A stretch of DNA of 64,000 nucleotides, from contig OZ024742.1 in the NCBI GenBank assembly GCA_964016885.1, positions 34,286,001 through 34,350,000 of the forward strand, written 5' to 3'. Position numbers and translations under genes: made by a program. The notes below the pieces were generated by a model. That model was not told the DNA's origin and ran no database searches. It was given only the letters and a program-made list of their open reading frames with translations. Below, one piece after another: positions 27,228 to 41,110 of the stretch. The stretch comes from Eledone cirrhosa. Lineage: Eukaryota. How positions within the stretch are numbered: position 1 is the first letter of the stretch; each line of letters opens with the position of its first letter.

Positions 27228-27512
27228 TAGAAAATGAGGGTTTTTTCAAAATGTGAAAATATAAGGAAAAAAGATGAAATCGAAAATGCAACTGGAGTCT
27301 TTTTAAGAATATTTATTTGGTTCCTTTACCGGTTTCGCAGTTCTTATGCTTTTCAAAAGTTGAATTGAGATGGAGGGTTTCTGGTAGAAAAACCACAAAC
27401 CCCCCATCTCAATTCTACTTTTGAAAAGCATAAGAACTGTGAAACCGGTAAAGGAACCAAATAAATATTCTTAAAAAACTCCAGTTGCATTTTCAATTAC
27501 TTCTTTTTTCTC
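27228..27512. mobile_element. PLE-type palindromic fragment (family D) with U3-A8 hammerheads
   Basis: ctt TTGAAAA gca..tgy GAAA ccgg TA aag at 27418-27453 (+) and 27324-27359 (-). Same family at 59808-60055. Confidence 0.75.
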
Positions 27513-27875
27513 TCTCTCTCTATATATATATACAGTATATATATATATATATATATATCGATATTGTTGGGCATCCACTGATGATTTATAAGTGCCCACC
27601 TGCGTATATTCCTATAGACTATGTGTAGGCTTCTACATAACCTGGATATTATTTTCCCAACTTGTAGAAAACTTATAATGAAACGATCGTTTGGAAGGAA
27701 GGATATATTTAATTATGTCTCATATAAAATAATACAACTTGGTATCCGCTACATCCGTATAGTTAGCACCCCAAACATATAATTGGGATTATACTAAGGT
27801 ACATCCTAATGTTTGTTGAGTGAGACGGAAGTCGGCCGGAGTATTGCTTAAAGCTTTCTCTGTTATTGTATTAAA

Positions 27876-27974
<99 letters not shown>

Positions 27975-28589
27975 ATATTCATATATACATGCATGTGTGT
28001 GAATATAACAATGTTTGATATTTTTTCTATTAATTCTTTTGATTGTTTAATTGGTTGATATTAGTTATACTATTATAACTATACTCTGTTTCTGGTGTTC
28101 TTTCCGTTATCATTGAGTAAGATTGTATTTTGCACGGTATTACATTGCCATAGGTACAGAAGCCATCGTGCGGTAGTGTGAGTTCGTAAATACTATACTA
28201 TATTTTACCCCTAATAGTAACTCTAGTGGAGTGTTTATTTAATTTCTTCATGATTGTCTGGCCCAGTATAACACAGGTACATCTGATTTACCCCACCTGG
28301 TTGTACTGGAACAACGTAAAACAAAATGACTCGTTTAATAATACAAATTGTTGCCGGGAATCAAACTCAACACCTTACTATCTCGAACAAGACATCCTAA
28401 CCACTTTGCTATGTATCTTCACTTAGCGTCATCAGATGACAAAATTACATACATGTACTCAATTAAGTGGTCACTTTAGAAAGACTTGTTTTCCCTCATG
28501 TGCAAAACAGCTGACGGATAATTTACATCTATGGCAGTGAGTAGCTTCCGTAGAAACTGGCTCGTAATACTTTGTATGGCTACATAATC

Positions 28590-28781
28590 AATAATTGTTT
28601 CTACTTTTGACACAAGGCCAGCAATTACTCAGTACATTACTGGTACTTTATTTTATCGACCCCGTAAGGATGAAAGGCAAAGTTAAACTCGGCGGGATTT
28701 GAACTCAGACCGTAAAGGGACGTAACTATGCTGGAAAGCATGTCGTCTGACCCTCTACCAATACTGCCAATCCACCGTCCT
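28590..28781 (-). mobile_element. tRNA-derived SINE, family 1
   Basis: Full-length reverse copy; partial plus-strand copy at 28858-28955. Confidence 0.85.
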
Positions 28782-29227
28782 CTTTAATCTTTAATCTGTT
28801 ATTATTAATTATTAATCTGTTATTAATCTAATATTATATATATATAATATTATATATGAGGTTAACTTAGCCTTTCATCCTTATGGGGTCGATAAAATAA
28901 AGTACCAGTAATAAACTGGTAATTGCTGGCCTTGTGCCAAAAGTAGAAACAATTATATATATATAATAACAGATTAAAGTTTAAGCAAAGAATCGCTGCT
29001 TTAATCTGTTATTTTAATAAATATTTGCTCTAGGGTTCTTATATATTTGATATATTTTTATCCTTATCAAGACCTCTTTGGACTTTATATACATATATAT
29101 ATATATATATATACATATACAGCCAAATTTGTATATCAACCTAATGGGAGATTATTATATATATATATGTTGATTTAAAACTGCACTATCCACAAGTGTT
29201 TTTTAACCTTCATATCATGTCTTCCTG

Positions 29228-29294
29228 TTTTATCTGATGAAAACACAAATATTATTGCATGATGATATTTGTTTTTGAAATGCGCATAATAAAA
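29228..29294 (+). ncRNA. Type I hammerhead ribozyme
   Basis: ttttat CTGATGA aaac..aaatatt...gatatttgttttt GAAA tgcgca TA ataaaa. Confidence 0.7.
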
Positions 29295-29419
29295 TATATG
29301 GAACTCTTTTAACCATCTTTTGTTCTTATATATTATATATGCTCCAGTCCTACAAACTGTAGAGTGCTTCTTATCCGATATCTGCACTGCTTTATTGTAC
29401 TACAATAAAACTCACCTCC

Positions 29420-29462
<43 letters not shown>

Positions 29463-29661
29463 TTTTATATGTAATAATCTCCCATTAGGTTGAGATACAA
29501 ATTTGGCTGTATTGTGCTGTGCTTTCTAGCAAAAATGCCACCAGTCGTAAGCAACTACCACACCCTTCCAACCTGACCGCGGCTACGTCACGATTTTTAG
29601 CCATTTTGAATGAATTCTTGGCGCGATCACTTTGGAAAATTTAGTGTCTAGATAAGAGCAA

Positions 29662-29749
29662 ACTTCCTGATGAATCCGGTGCTCGAGTTTATATAATTAT
29701 TACATAATTATTGGAAAACTCAAAATACGGATGAAACCATGGTAGAGGT
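29662..29749 (+). ncRNA. Type I hammerhead ribozyme with extended stem II
   Basis: acttc CTGATGA atccg...cggat GAAA ccatgg TA gaggt. Confidence 0.85.
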
Positions 29750-30318
29750 ATTTAAATGTATTCTATTTTCTCCTAGTTTATTTTACACCTAATTCTGTTT
29801 AGTTGACTGTATCTGGGCGATTACGCGGTCGAAATATTCGATGAATATTCCGTTGTGGCCGACGCGAAGGGCTAGTTTCGGTTATTTGTCGGAGATTTCT
29901 TCATAGAAGCCTCATTCTTATAGCCTGGTCTATACGATTTTTTATATAGTTAATTATGCTAATTGGGAGAGGAAATGGTATATATTTTATCTTGGGATTC
30001 TATACACTTGTTTTATGATATATAGCTCTGATTATTTAATTTATTAATTTTTCATTGAGCCACAAAGTGACCCGTTGCAAAACACGTATATGTATATATA
30101 TGTATATATATATGTAAACTTTTATATGTAATAATCTCCCATTAGGTTGAGATACAAATTTGGCTGTATTGTGCTGTGCTTTCTAGCAAAAATGCCACCA
30201 GTCGTAAGCAACTACCACACCCTTCCAACCTGACCGCGGCTACGTCACTATTTTTAGCCATTTTGAATGAATTCTTGGCGCGATCACTTTGGAAAATTTA
30301 GTGTCTAGATAAGAGCAA

Positions 30319-30406
30319 ACTTCCTGATGAATCCGGTGCTCGAGTTTATATAATTATTACATAATTATTGGAAAACTCAAAATACGGATGAAACCATGGT
30401 AGAGGT
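30319..30406 (+). ncRNA. Type I hammerhead ribozyme, second unit
   Basis: Same sequence as 29662-29749, 657 bp downstream. Confidence 0.85.
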
Positions 30407-30672
30407 ATTTAAATGTATTCTATTTTCTCCTAGTTTATTTTACACCTAATTCTGTTTAGTTGACTGTATCTGGGCGATTACGCTGTCGAAATATTCGATA
30501 AATATTCCGTTGCGGCCGACGCGAAGGGCTAGTTTCGGTTATTTGTCGGAGATTCCTTCATAGAAGCCTCATTCTTATAGCCTGGTCTATTCGATTTTTT
30601 ATATAGTTAATTATGCTAATTGAGAGAGGAAATGGTATATATTTTATCTTTGGATTCTATAGACATGTTTTA

Positions 30673-30766
<94 letters not shown>

Positions 30767-30862
30767 AGAGAGAGATAGATAGAGATAGATATGTAGATAT
30801 ATAGATAGATAGATAAATAGATAGATAGAGATAAGGAGATAGATAGGGAGATAGATAGATAC

Positions 30863-31160
30863 ATTTCTTTATTAGCCACAAGGGCACAAAAGAAGGGGAC
30901 AAATACAAATGGGGAGTTTACATACAGGTATATGAAAATAAAACTATTACTAAAATAACAAATAACAATTGAAATCCGCAATAGGAGGGAGGCGTTACAC
31001 AGGGGTTTTACACACCACGGAAAAAAGTACAACCCTCATCTCCAGGAGCACCAAGAGTGAGTACTACCGTGCTCTCTTCCTCTTTTTCCTAAACCTACAG
31101 GCTTATATAGGGAGATAGATAGATACGGAGATAGATAGAAGGATATAGATAGATAGATAT

Positions 31161-31215
<55 letters not shown>

Positions 31216-31408
31216 TATTTCTTTATTAGCCACAGGGGAACACAAGAAGGGGACAAATACAAAGGGGGAAGTTTAAATACAATAAAAACGTATAAAATAC
31301 TATCACAAATACAATTTAAAAGTTAATCGATTTTCCCCAATAGGGGGAGACATTACATATGGGTAACACATACCCCCGAAAAAAATGTGCAACCCTCATC
31401 TCCAGGAG
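30863..31408 (-). mobile_element. Two 5'-truncated Tx1-like LINE 3' ends inside a (GATA)n array
   Basis: 30863-31090 and 31217-31408 end in ccc(t)tgtggctaataaagaaat plus (ATCT)n, matching the LINE terminus at 19910-19932. Confidence 0.65.
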
Positions 31409-31411
31409 TAC

Positions 31412-31453
<42 letters not shown>

Positions 31454-32230
31454 GGAGATAAATAGAGATAATTCCGTCCACAGAGGGATGCACGCAGAGG
31501 CAGCTACATTCACTCATGCATAGAGAGATTCATGCGTTCATACATAGATAAATATATAGGAATATGCATGGAAAGATACATGTATGGATAAAGAGCTAAA
31601 CAGTTAGATAGATAAAATAAGCAGGGTACATCTAAGTTTCATACAGAAATCTATTTTACAGTCACGATGTTGAAAAGTTGTTGAAAGAAATGGCAATACT
31701 AGTTGCCACGGTAAATGATTGATAAAGTTTGATTCGTTTTATTTATATTTATTCATCTATTTTTGGTTAGTAGAATATTTTTAGCATGAGATCTTTATTT
31801 ATAAAATGTTCTCTTAGATCGAAGCATAAATATATTAATTACCCTTTCACTTGTTCAAGCAGGAGCCATGCTGGGGCATAGGGATATATATATATATATA
31901 ATAATAATAATATAATTGTTTCAACTTTTGGCACATATACTTGTGTATATTGCCTTGGTGGCCCTTGAAATATGTATAATAGAATAAGTGTGGTTTTATA
32001 AATATAGTTTCCATTTGTTAATATATTGTATATTTACTCCACTAAACTGTTGAGTGCTTTATTTCAGTTATAAAAATATTTAAACTTGTTGAATCCCAAC
32101 AAATTAAATATAACCTCTGCATACTTTTTATATTGTTCTGGCATCTCGAATTAGTACCATTGAACCACAAATATTATAAACAAATTGCATATTTCTACAA
32201 GTACATTGTACCTGTTGAGGTATTCATCCA

Positions 32231-32322
<92 letters not shown>

Positions 32323-32347
32323 TGTATGTATGTATGTATGTATGTAT

Positions 32348-32789
32348 GGGCAAAGGAGCTCTTAAGAGTCAATGGCCATCCAAAATCACCGGGAGAGATG
32401 ACCCCTTAGCCTTTGTCAAGGCAGAATTCTAGGAGAAGGAAAACTCTGATATAACACCTGCAACCCTGATGGTATCCAATGATGTTGACTTGTTCTTCTT
32501 TTTGGTAAATATCATCTTGGTCAAGAGAGTGGGACTGGCTTTGTGCAGTGCCTTTACTCACTATAAAAGCTTCACAGCACAGGCATTGCTTTGTATCTGG
32601 AGATCTCTCTTCACTTGTCGTCACATGGTACCATGGGCCTAGCACTATGTGTCAATAATTGTCACAAGTGTAGTGTTTGTACCAGTCGCTGGCTGGACTA
32701 AAAAGTCACACTCGTTCAGCGCCACGGTAGGAGTTCTCCTACATGGATATAAAGTAGTGGCCGTACTCGAAAACGAGTTGGCAGCCACC
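32348..32789 (+). mobile_element. Non-autonomous RTE-derived retroelement, copy 2
   Basis: Highly similar to 75-526; flanked by (TATG)n. Confidence 0.7.
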
Positions 32790-33178
32790 ATATGTATGTA
32801 TATATATATATATAAATATATATATAAAACCACGTATAAGTATATATGTGTATATATATATATTTTTTACATGTGGGAGCAATTGATGGTGCCATTATAT
32901 TTCACGTACATATTATAGTGACAGCAAAACTGATTTATTGAAGATATATTTAATACCTCCATTTTCTTGCGTGTTATAAATCACGTTTCACTACTAGAAA
33001 TAGTAAAAATATCACCGACTAAATATCTCGAGTTGGGAAACATGTGATAACTCGTACGCTATAGCTGAATGTATGTATGTATGTATGTATGTATGTATGT
33101 ATGTATGTATGTATGTATGTATGTATGTATGTATGTATGTATGTATGTATGTATGTATGCACATTTGTGTTTCTGTGT

Positions 33179-33220
<42 letters not shown>

Positions 33221-33793
33221 GTAGGTATAGTATATTTGGCAATATACCGTATGTTTAATTAAAAACATTTAGAAGACCATACGCTATCGGTTTTAAAGTA
33301 CTTCTTTTCGGCGAAAGAAGAGAGAGAAGCTGACCGTCTGTTTCACGCTGGTTGGCATTCATCAGAGCCACGTACTCCCCTGCTATCGCCGAAAATTATA
33401 GAAGCTGTATTCTTATAGAATTCCAGTAATAATCAGTCCAGCAAAATTATACATCGCTATTTCAGAGTACCACTCCTAATGTAATAACTAATTTATATAT
33501 GTATTAGACGCATACATATAATACATATTTATATAACAGTCGTTTCTGGTGTAGGCGCAAGACCGAAAATTTTGCGGAGAGGTGAAAGTCTATTAAATTG
33601 ACCCAGATGCTTTATTTTATCGACCCCATAGCTAAACTAGAAAGGATCTGAACTCTAAATGTAAAGGACCGTAACTCTATACCGTAATGCGTGTTGTCCG
33701 ACGCTCTTGTAATAATATAATATGATATAATTCAAGCACGAACCTAATACTAACACTTTGTACTGCACTCTTCGTTATTGTTTTTTGTTTTAA

Positions 33794-33832
<39 letters not shown>

Positions 33833-33974
33833 ATACTTTGGGAGGGTCATGTTGCCAATAAGAAACACACGCACCAGTTGCTTTCACTTCAATTTATTAT
33901 GTATTTATAAATCCACAAACTTATAAATTTCTGGTTGGTTGGTTGGTTCCACAACCAGATAGTTGTTTATATAT

Positions 33975-34019
33975 AGTCATAGTCCTTTCGTCACACACTC
34001 TGTGACCTCTTCAGTGACT
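33975..34019 (-). ncRNA. Type I hammerhead in the PLE 3' UTR (pseudo-LTR)
   Basis: Minus strand: agtca CTGAAGA g gtcac agagtgt gtgac GAAA ggac TA tgact. Identical copy at 39201-39245. Confidence 0.8.
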
Positions 34020-34249
34020 GGGGATTCCTTTCTTTGTTTCTGTGCCTTTCCTTTCTTCTATCATACGCCATTTTGTTTCTGTGTGTGTGTTGTGTGCTCA
34101 GTTTGCGCATGCGCCACATCCGGGTGTCTGTGTGTGTTTGTGTTCATTTATCTATTTGTTTATTTATTTATTTATTTATTGTTGGTTGGTTGTTTGTTCT
34201 ATGTGTGTGTGTGTTTTCATTTTGTCCTGTGTGTGTTTTCATTTTGTCC

Positions 34250-36364
34250 TTAATTGTAAGTTGTGATGTTGCTGTTCCACTCATATTTTCTATTTAATTT
34301 TGGTTGTAATTCTTTTATGCTTACTGCCTCTGTAATTTGCCCAAACATTGCATCTTTTCTGTGTGTGGATTCTATTTTTATTTCTATTTTCTCTAATCTA
34401 CACCTGTGTTCTATCTTAGCATGTTGCTAGAGCACAGATGATTCTTTATTATCTTGAAGGTCTCGCCAGTGTTCATTTATTCGTTCCCCTATACTACGAG
34501 CTGTCTCACCTATGTACACTATATTTTTGTTTCTACATTGTCCTTCAGTACATCTTATGCTATACACTACATTTCTAGTTTTACAGTTAATATGGGGGCT
34601 TATTTTACAGGTTATACATTTCTTATCTATACATGAGGGTCTTTGGAACGGGTATGTCTTGCTAATAAGTGTTTTTACGGAGGTACCTGGTCTTTCTACT
34701 ATCTTAATATTGAGTTTATGTTTATTTAGGGCCCTTCTAAATTTGTAGGCTAGTTCGCCTCTAGGGGTTGTATTGATGAACATTACACTCTGGTATTTAT
34801 TGCTATCATACCATGAGTTTATTCTATTGGCCTTGTTCCTAGTTCTTTCTATTCTATTCCAAAATTTGCTCCTATACAAGGGGCAGGTCCCATTTATGTC
34901 ATTATTTACCATTTTTTCCCATTTGGTTCTGGCTCCTCTATACACTCTGATTCTATCTCTCTGATTGTAGCCAGAGAACTGCATACGGTGGATGAAGTGT
35001 TGTATGTGTCTCTCTAGTTCTTCGGGGTTGCACATGCGGGACACATTTCTCATCACCCGTACCAAATCCGCAATCAGTATGTTGATTTTGGTATGGTCCG
35101 AAATGGCCGAGTTTCGGTGGATCAGATGTTTGGAAGTCATGGGTTTGGCATAATGGGAATGGAGGATCTGTTTTTGGTTGTTAATGGTATCTAACCAGAG
35201 CTCTGTGTCTAGTACAGGTAATCGATGGTTGGGGTGTCTACTTGGGTAGTCTATAGTAACTCTAATGCTCTGGTGGATGGAGTTTGCTATTTGCTGGATG
35301 CTTTCCATTGTGTTTTTCTCTAGTTCCTGACTGTTCTTTAGTGGGGGTGTCTTAACTACGATGTTTATATCATCTACGTAGCGGGAGTACATTATCAGGG
35401 TTAAGCTGTCTTCTAATTGTTCTTTAAGTTTTTGTTTAAGTCTACTGTCCCACCATACCATGAATAAGTTAGCTATGTCGCCTGCAATGCTAACACCAAT
35501 GGCTGCTCCTTCCTCTTGGGCATATGTTTTACCATTAAATTTGAACATATGTTCCTTAAGGGTTAATTTTATGCTGGCCCCTACCGCATGTGCAATCATT
35601 TTCTTCAGTTCACCGTGGTTTTCGGGTGTCCGTATGGCTCTGGTCCACCCGTTCCATCTATCTGTGTGGGTTTTCTTGGCCATTAAGGTAATGGTAGGTG
35701 GTCTGCCTCTTGCTGGTCTTGTAGGGCACAGGTTGCTAAGGTCATAAGTGTCTATGTAACTATTACTATGGGTAAGCTTAAGTAGAAGTCCCAGCTCACT
35801 GGTATCAATCCCACGGAACTCAACCTTGCTCTCGCTGATCATTTCTACGCATTTCTCCACAGCAAAATCCACGTCAATAGATGGATACAGGGACACAACA
35901 TCCATACTGCCTATTATGCAGTTTGTTAGGTCCCCAGATCGGTTACCCGCGCCGATTCTGCTGAGGAGGTCCTCCGTGCTGTCACATACATCTGGGGACA
36001 TCTCAATGATGGGGCGTATGATCAGGGAGAGGAAGTAGGACAGTCTGTAGTTACTAGCAATGTTAGCTCCACAGACTGGCCGTGTTGGTGGTCCCGCGAC
36101 AGGGTCACAGCCCGTTTTATGGTCTTTCCGAAGCCCATACAACGCCGGCACGTCATTGTTCCAGGCCTGGAAGTTGTTGGCAGTCCTTTTGTTGGGCTGC
36201 ATTATATTCGTCCACATCACCATATGGGCATTGAGGGCTTTTTCTCTATCCTCATGCTCCTGTGGTGTTACCTCTCTTGTGTTAGTGATGTGGGTTTGCA
36301 TTGCCTGGATGTAGTTTGGCAGGCTGTCAACCGACATTCTGCCAGACTTGTCTGTTGGAAAGCA
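34250..36364 (-). pseudogene. PLE reverse transcriptase / GIY-YIG endonuclease with one premature stop
   Basis: PTDKSG, LRKDHK, TRPV, SMDVVSLYPS, QEEGAAIG, YVDD, PVLD, CxxxxCxxC linker, NVVYSIRC..YIGETARSIGERINEH. The frame continues past the TAG at 34427-34429 as QHAKIEH..ITEAVSI..KLNRKYEW. Confidence 0.92.
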
Positions 36365-36646
36365 TATATATATATATATATATATGATTTCTATTTTAGT
36401 CGTTTTGGAAGCCCCAACAATGCAGATGGGTACATCTCCGGGTAACAGAATCCGGTGGTGAAGAGAGAGATGTAAGGGAATGTAGAATGAGATGTATAGT
36501 GTGTAGAGGAACGTAGGAAAGAGCGTAAAAATTAAAAAATAATAACACCAGATAGAGCTACCTTGGGAGAAATTTAATTGTCCCTATATTCGGATTCGAA
36601 TCCGTCAACTGGGGGGCTTTCTGGGAGGGGGGAATTATATATATAT

Positions 36647-36860
36647 ATAATAAATGTAATCTGAGTTTTTCGAATATTAATAATAACATTCGATTCGTTT
36701 GCAATTATGCAAACAAGCCTCAATTTTATAGCCACGTCAGTAGAATGAACACTTCATTCTTGCTCTTGTTCATTCTACTATAAAATTGAGGCTTGTTTGC
36801 ATAATTGCAAACGAATCAAATGTTATTATTAATATTCGAAAAACTCAGATTAAGTTTATT
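36647..36860. repeat. Palindromic TA-embedded cassette (family F)
   Basis: About 85-bp inverted arms. Same family as 960-1091 and 55310-55545. Confidence 0.8.
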
Positions 36861-36881
36861 GTATTCACCCATCAATGTATA

Positions 36882-36948
<67 letters not shown>

Positions 36949-37844
36949 TTACGCATACGAATCAGTTGGGCAAGTTATTATGAATTAATTCCTAGATTGA
37001 TTGATTTGCTTGTCTCATGAAAGCTGCCACAATATATATGAACTATCAAGTAGCCGAATAATTTGAACTCAACACCCAATTATTAACGTGATAGAGCACG
37101 TAGCCCCACACTTACACCTCCACGTACCATCTCACTCACACACAAACACACCCACACACACGTACGCTTACACCTTCACTTATTCTCTCTCTCACACACA
37201 CATAGACCAGTTTTAACATGATATAGCCTATAGCCTCATATTTACATATAAACATGTCCTCTCACACTCACACACACACACAGACACACACGCATGCTTA
37301 CACCATCACGTATTCTCTCACACACACTTAGACATACATGTCCAAACCCTTTTAAAGGGAGACAAGACTTTATCCACCTAACCTTCACCCTTCGACATTA
37401 GAAATAGAATGGAATTTCTTTACTATTTCCGGTCAGCATGACCTGGCAAGCTAATTAGAACACTGGATTAACCCCTTTACTTCCCTCCGTAGAAGAGATA
37501 TTGTCTCGAAAATTAAGGATATTCAAATAAATTTAAGGTAAAAGACTAATTGTCAGCAATATCTTTTGTATTTATATTCTATATCCATACCTGCATTGTT
37601 CTCGCCTTCTAACTCCAAACGTTAATACCTAACTACACAATGCTTCAAGTAAACTACAATTTCCTCCCATATATAAATATATATATATATATATACACAC
37701 ATACACACACACATATATATATATATACGGCTTGAGCTCTGTCGTCAGGGGTCATACTTGTTCCTATTACCCACTCTACTACTCTAAGTATTGAGTATTT
37801 TGGTGCGTTATGGTCCATCTGGTTCCTTACCACATTTCCTTCGT

Positions 37845-38408
<564 letters not shown>

Positions 38409-38409
38409 A

Positions 38410-38487
<78 letters not shown>

Positions 38488-38895
38488 GCTGTGCTAGGGT
38501 GAGAAATAAAATTCTAATTTTCTCTCTATATATATATCTATGTATGGTAATAAATGTTTGAATATGCGCTTAATCTTTTGTATATACACGCGAATTTAAA
38601 ATGGGGACCGAAACGATAATATTCGTACAAAATACATTATAATTTGTATGAACGAATTTCTCTTTTCTTGTGCACTGTTCATTTGTCTGTTTATATAAAA
38701 ATTCATTAGTTGCGTCTTCACCCCTTACGGGGTCGATAAAATAAAGTGCCAGTAATACACTGGGACAATTGCTGGCCTTGTGCCAAAAGTAGAAACAATT
38801 ATTTTCCTTTATAACAGGGTTCATACGTATTTTCTTTAATATTTTGATATTTTCAATTTTTAGCACTATCTATTTATCTATCCATCTCTCGCTCC

Positions 38896-39751
<856 letters not shown>

Positions 39752-40407
39752 CAGTGTGTGTGTGTGTAGGTACACACACGCACACACACACATATATAAT
39801 TATCAGCTATTATTTACGTTAAAGTACCAGTAATGCACTGGATAATTGCTGGCCTTGTGCCTAACGTAGACACAATTATTTACGTTAAATTTGTCGTTCA
39901 TCCTTACGGGGTCGATAAAATAAAGTACCAGTAATATACTGGGTAATTGCTGGCCTTGTGCGAAAAGTAGAAACAATTATTTACGACTGGACAGTTGCTG
40001 GATCAATTCCCAAGAAATGTCTTTTCACAAACAAATCATAACTTCCCCTCAGCTCCACCCAAAACATCCACACCAAAGCACATACCACTAAACAAACAAA
40101 CAATAGCAGTAAATGTCAGTTTGAACAGCAGAGAACATAAATCCATAAAATGTTTTCTAATACAACAGTTTAAGGCTGACCTACATTACAATCCGTTCAC
40201 GTGACACAATCTTCACGAAAGTGTATTCTGTATAAGAACTGAGATTTGCGGCATTTGAGTTGTAAACGATTTATTTTGATTTGGCACAAAAACAACATTG
40301 TCCGTAGAGATGTTGAATATATCGAATGAATTCGATCGATGCCGGTCTATTAATCGATATATTAATGATACTTTCACAACCGAAATAGCATTATTTCAAT
40401 GCTGAAG

Positions 40408-40582
40408 AGGGCGGTGGATTGGCAGTATCGGTAGAGGGTCGGACGCCATACTTTGAAGCATAGAGTAACCTCCCTTTATGATCTGAGTTCAAATTCCGCC
40501 GAGGTTAACTTTGCCTTTCGTCCTTACGGGGTCGATAAAATAAAGTACCAGTAATGCTGGCCTTGTATCAAAAGTAGAAACA
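40408..40582 (+). mobile_element. tRNA-derived SINE, family 1
   Basis: Full length; imperfect TSD attatttcaatgctgaa / attattttaatactgaa. Confidence 0.85.
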
Positions 40583-40797
40583 ATTATTTTAATACTGAAC
40601 ATATTTGTTTTCCCCCTACCCAGCCGCAAGCATAGCTGTTTGGCTAGGAAATTCGCATTACAGCATATCTTTTTCAGTTTTGAAAGTATTAAGCGTCATC
40701 TCGTGCAACTATCTTCTACTGTATGCAAATCGGGTTGACCCAATGCTTTCTGAATGGAATATGGTAGGCAGAATATGTGCAGACTCCCGTCGTTCAG

Positions 40798-41110
40798 GTG
40801 CATGGTTCAGTGGTTAGAGCAACGGGCTTACAAATGTGAGATTGTGAGTTCAATTCTCGGGCCAGGCTTTGTGTTATGTTCTTGAACAAGACACTTTATT
40901 TCAAGTTGCTCCAGTTCACTCAGTTGTAGAAATGAGTTGCAGCCTCATTGGTGTCAAGCTGTATCGGCCTTTGACTTTCTGTGGGACAACATCGGTGGCA
41001 TGCAGAGGGGAGGTTGGTATGCATGGCCGATTGGTGGTCTTCGACCTTGCTTCGACCTGTGCCTCCGAGGGGAATTTTCTAGGTGCAAATCCCATCATCA
41101 TTCGTGCCCC
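40798..41110 (+). mobile_element. tRNA-derived SINE, family 2 (CORE-like body)
   Basis: A-box tggttcagtggttagagc, B-box gagttcaattct, body gttcttgaacaagacacttta..ctccagttcactcag. Related reverse copy at 56830-56990. Confidence 0.6.

Larger units (their letters stand above)
29457..30675 (+). mobile_element. HHR-bearing family B (subfamily 1), tandem ~1.85-mer
   Basis: 657-bp period (gtaaacttttatatg at 29457 and 30114), nearly identical units, no long ORF, TA arrays on both sides. A short inverted piece lies at 29119-29157. Confidence 0.88.
33827..36364 (-). mobile_element. Penelope-like element, 5'-truncated, inserted in (TA)n
   Basis: RT plus GIY-YIG ORF, 3' UTR with a hammerhead, TA repeats at both ends. 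Confidence 0.92.

Noticed and set aside
34427-34429. Apparent end of the PLE ORF
   Set aside because: A premature TAG; the endonuclease motifs continue in frame to 34250.
36560-37525. Weak hammerhead-like traces near 36580-36612 (-) and 37487-37520 (+)
   Set aside because: Cores too degenerate to call, although the TA-flanked context fits PLE-type fragments.
40798-40865. tRNA-like A and B boxes
   Set aside because: No cloverleaf, and the sequence continues into a SINE body; not a tRNA gene.
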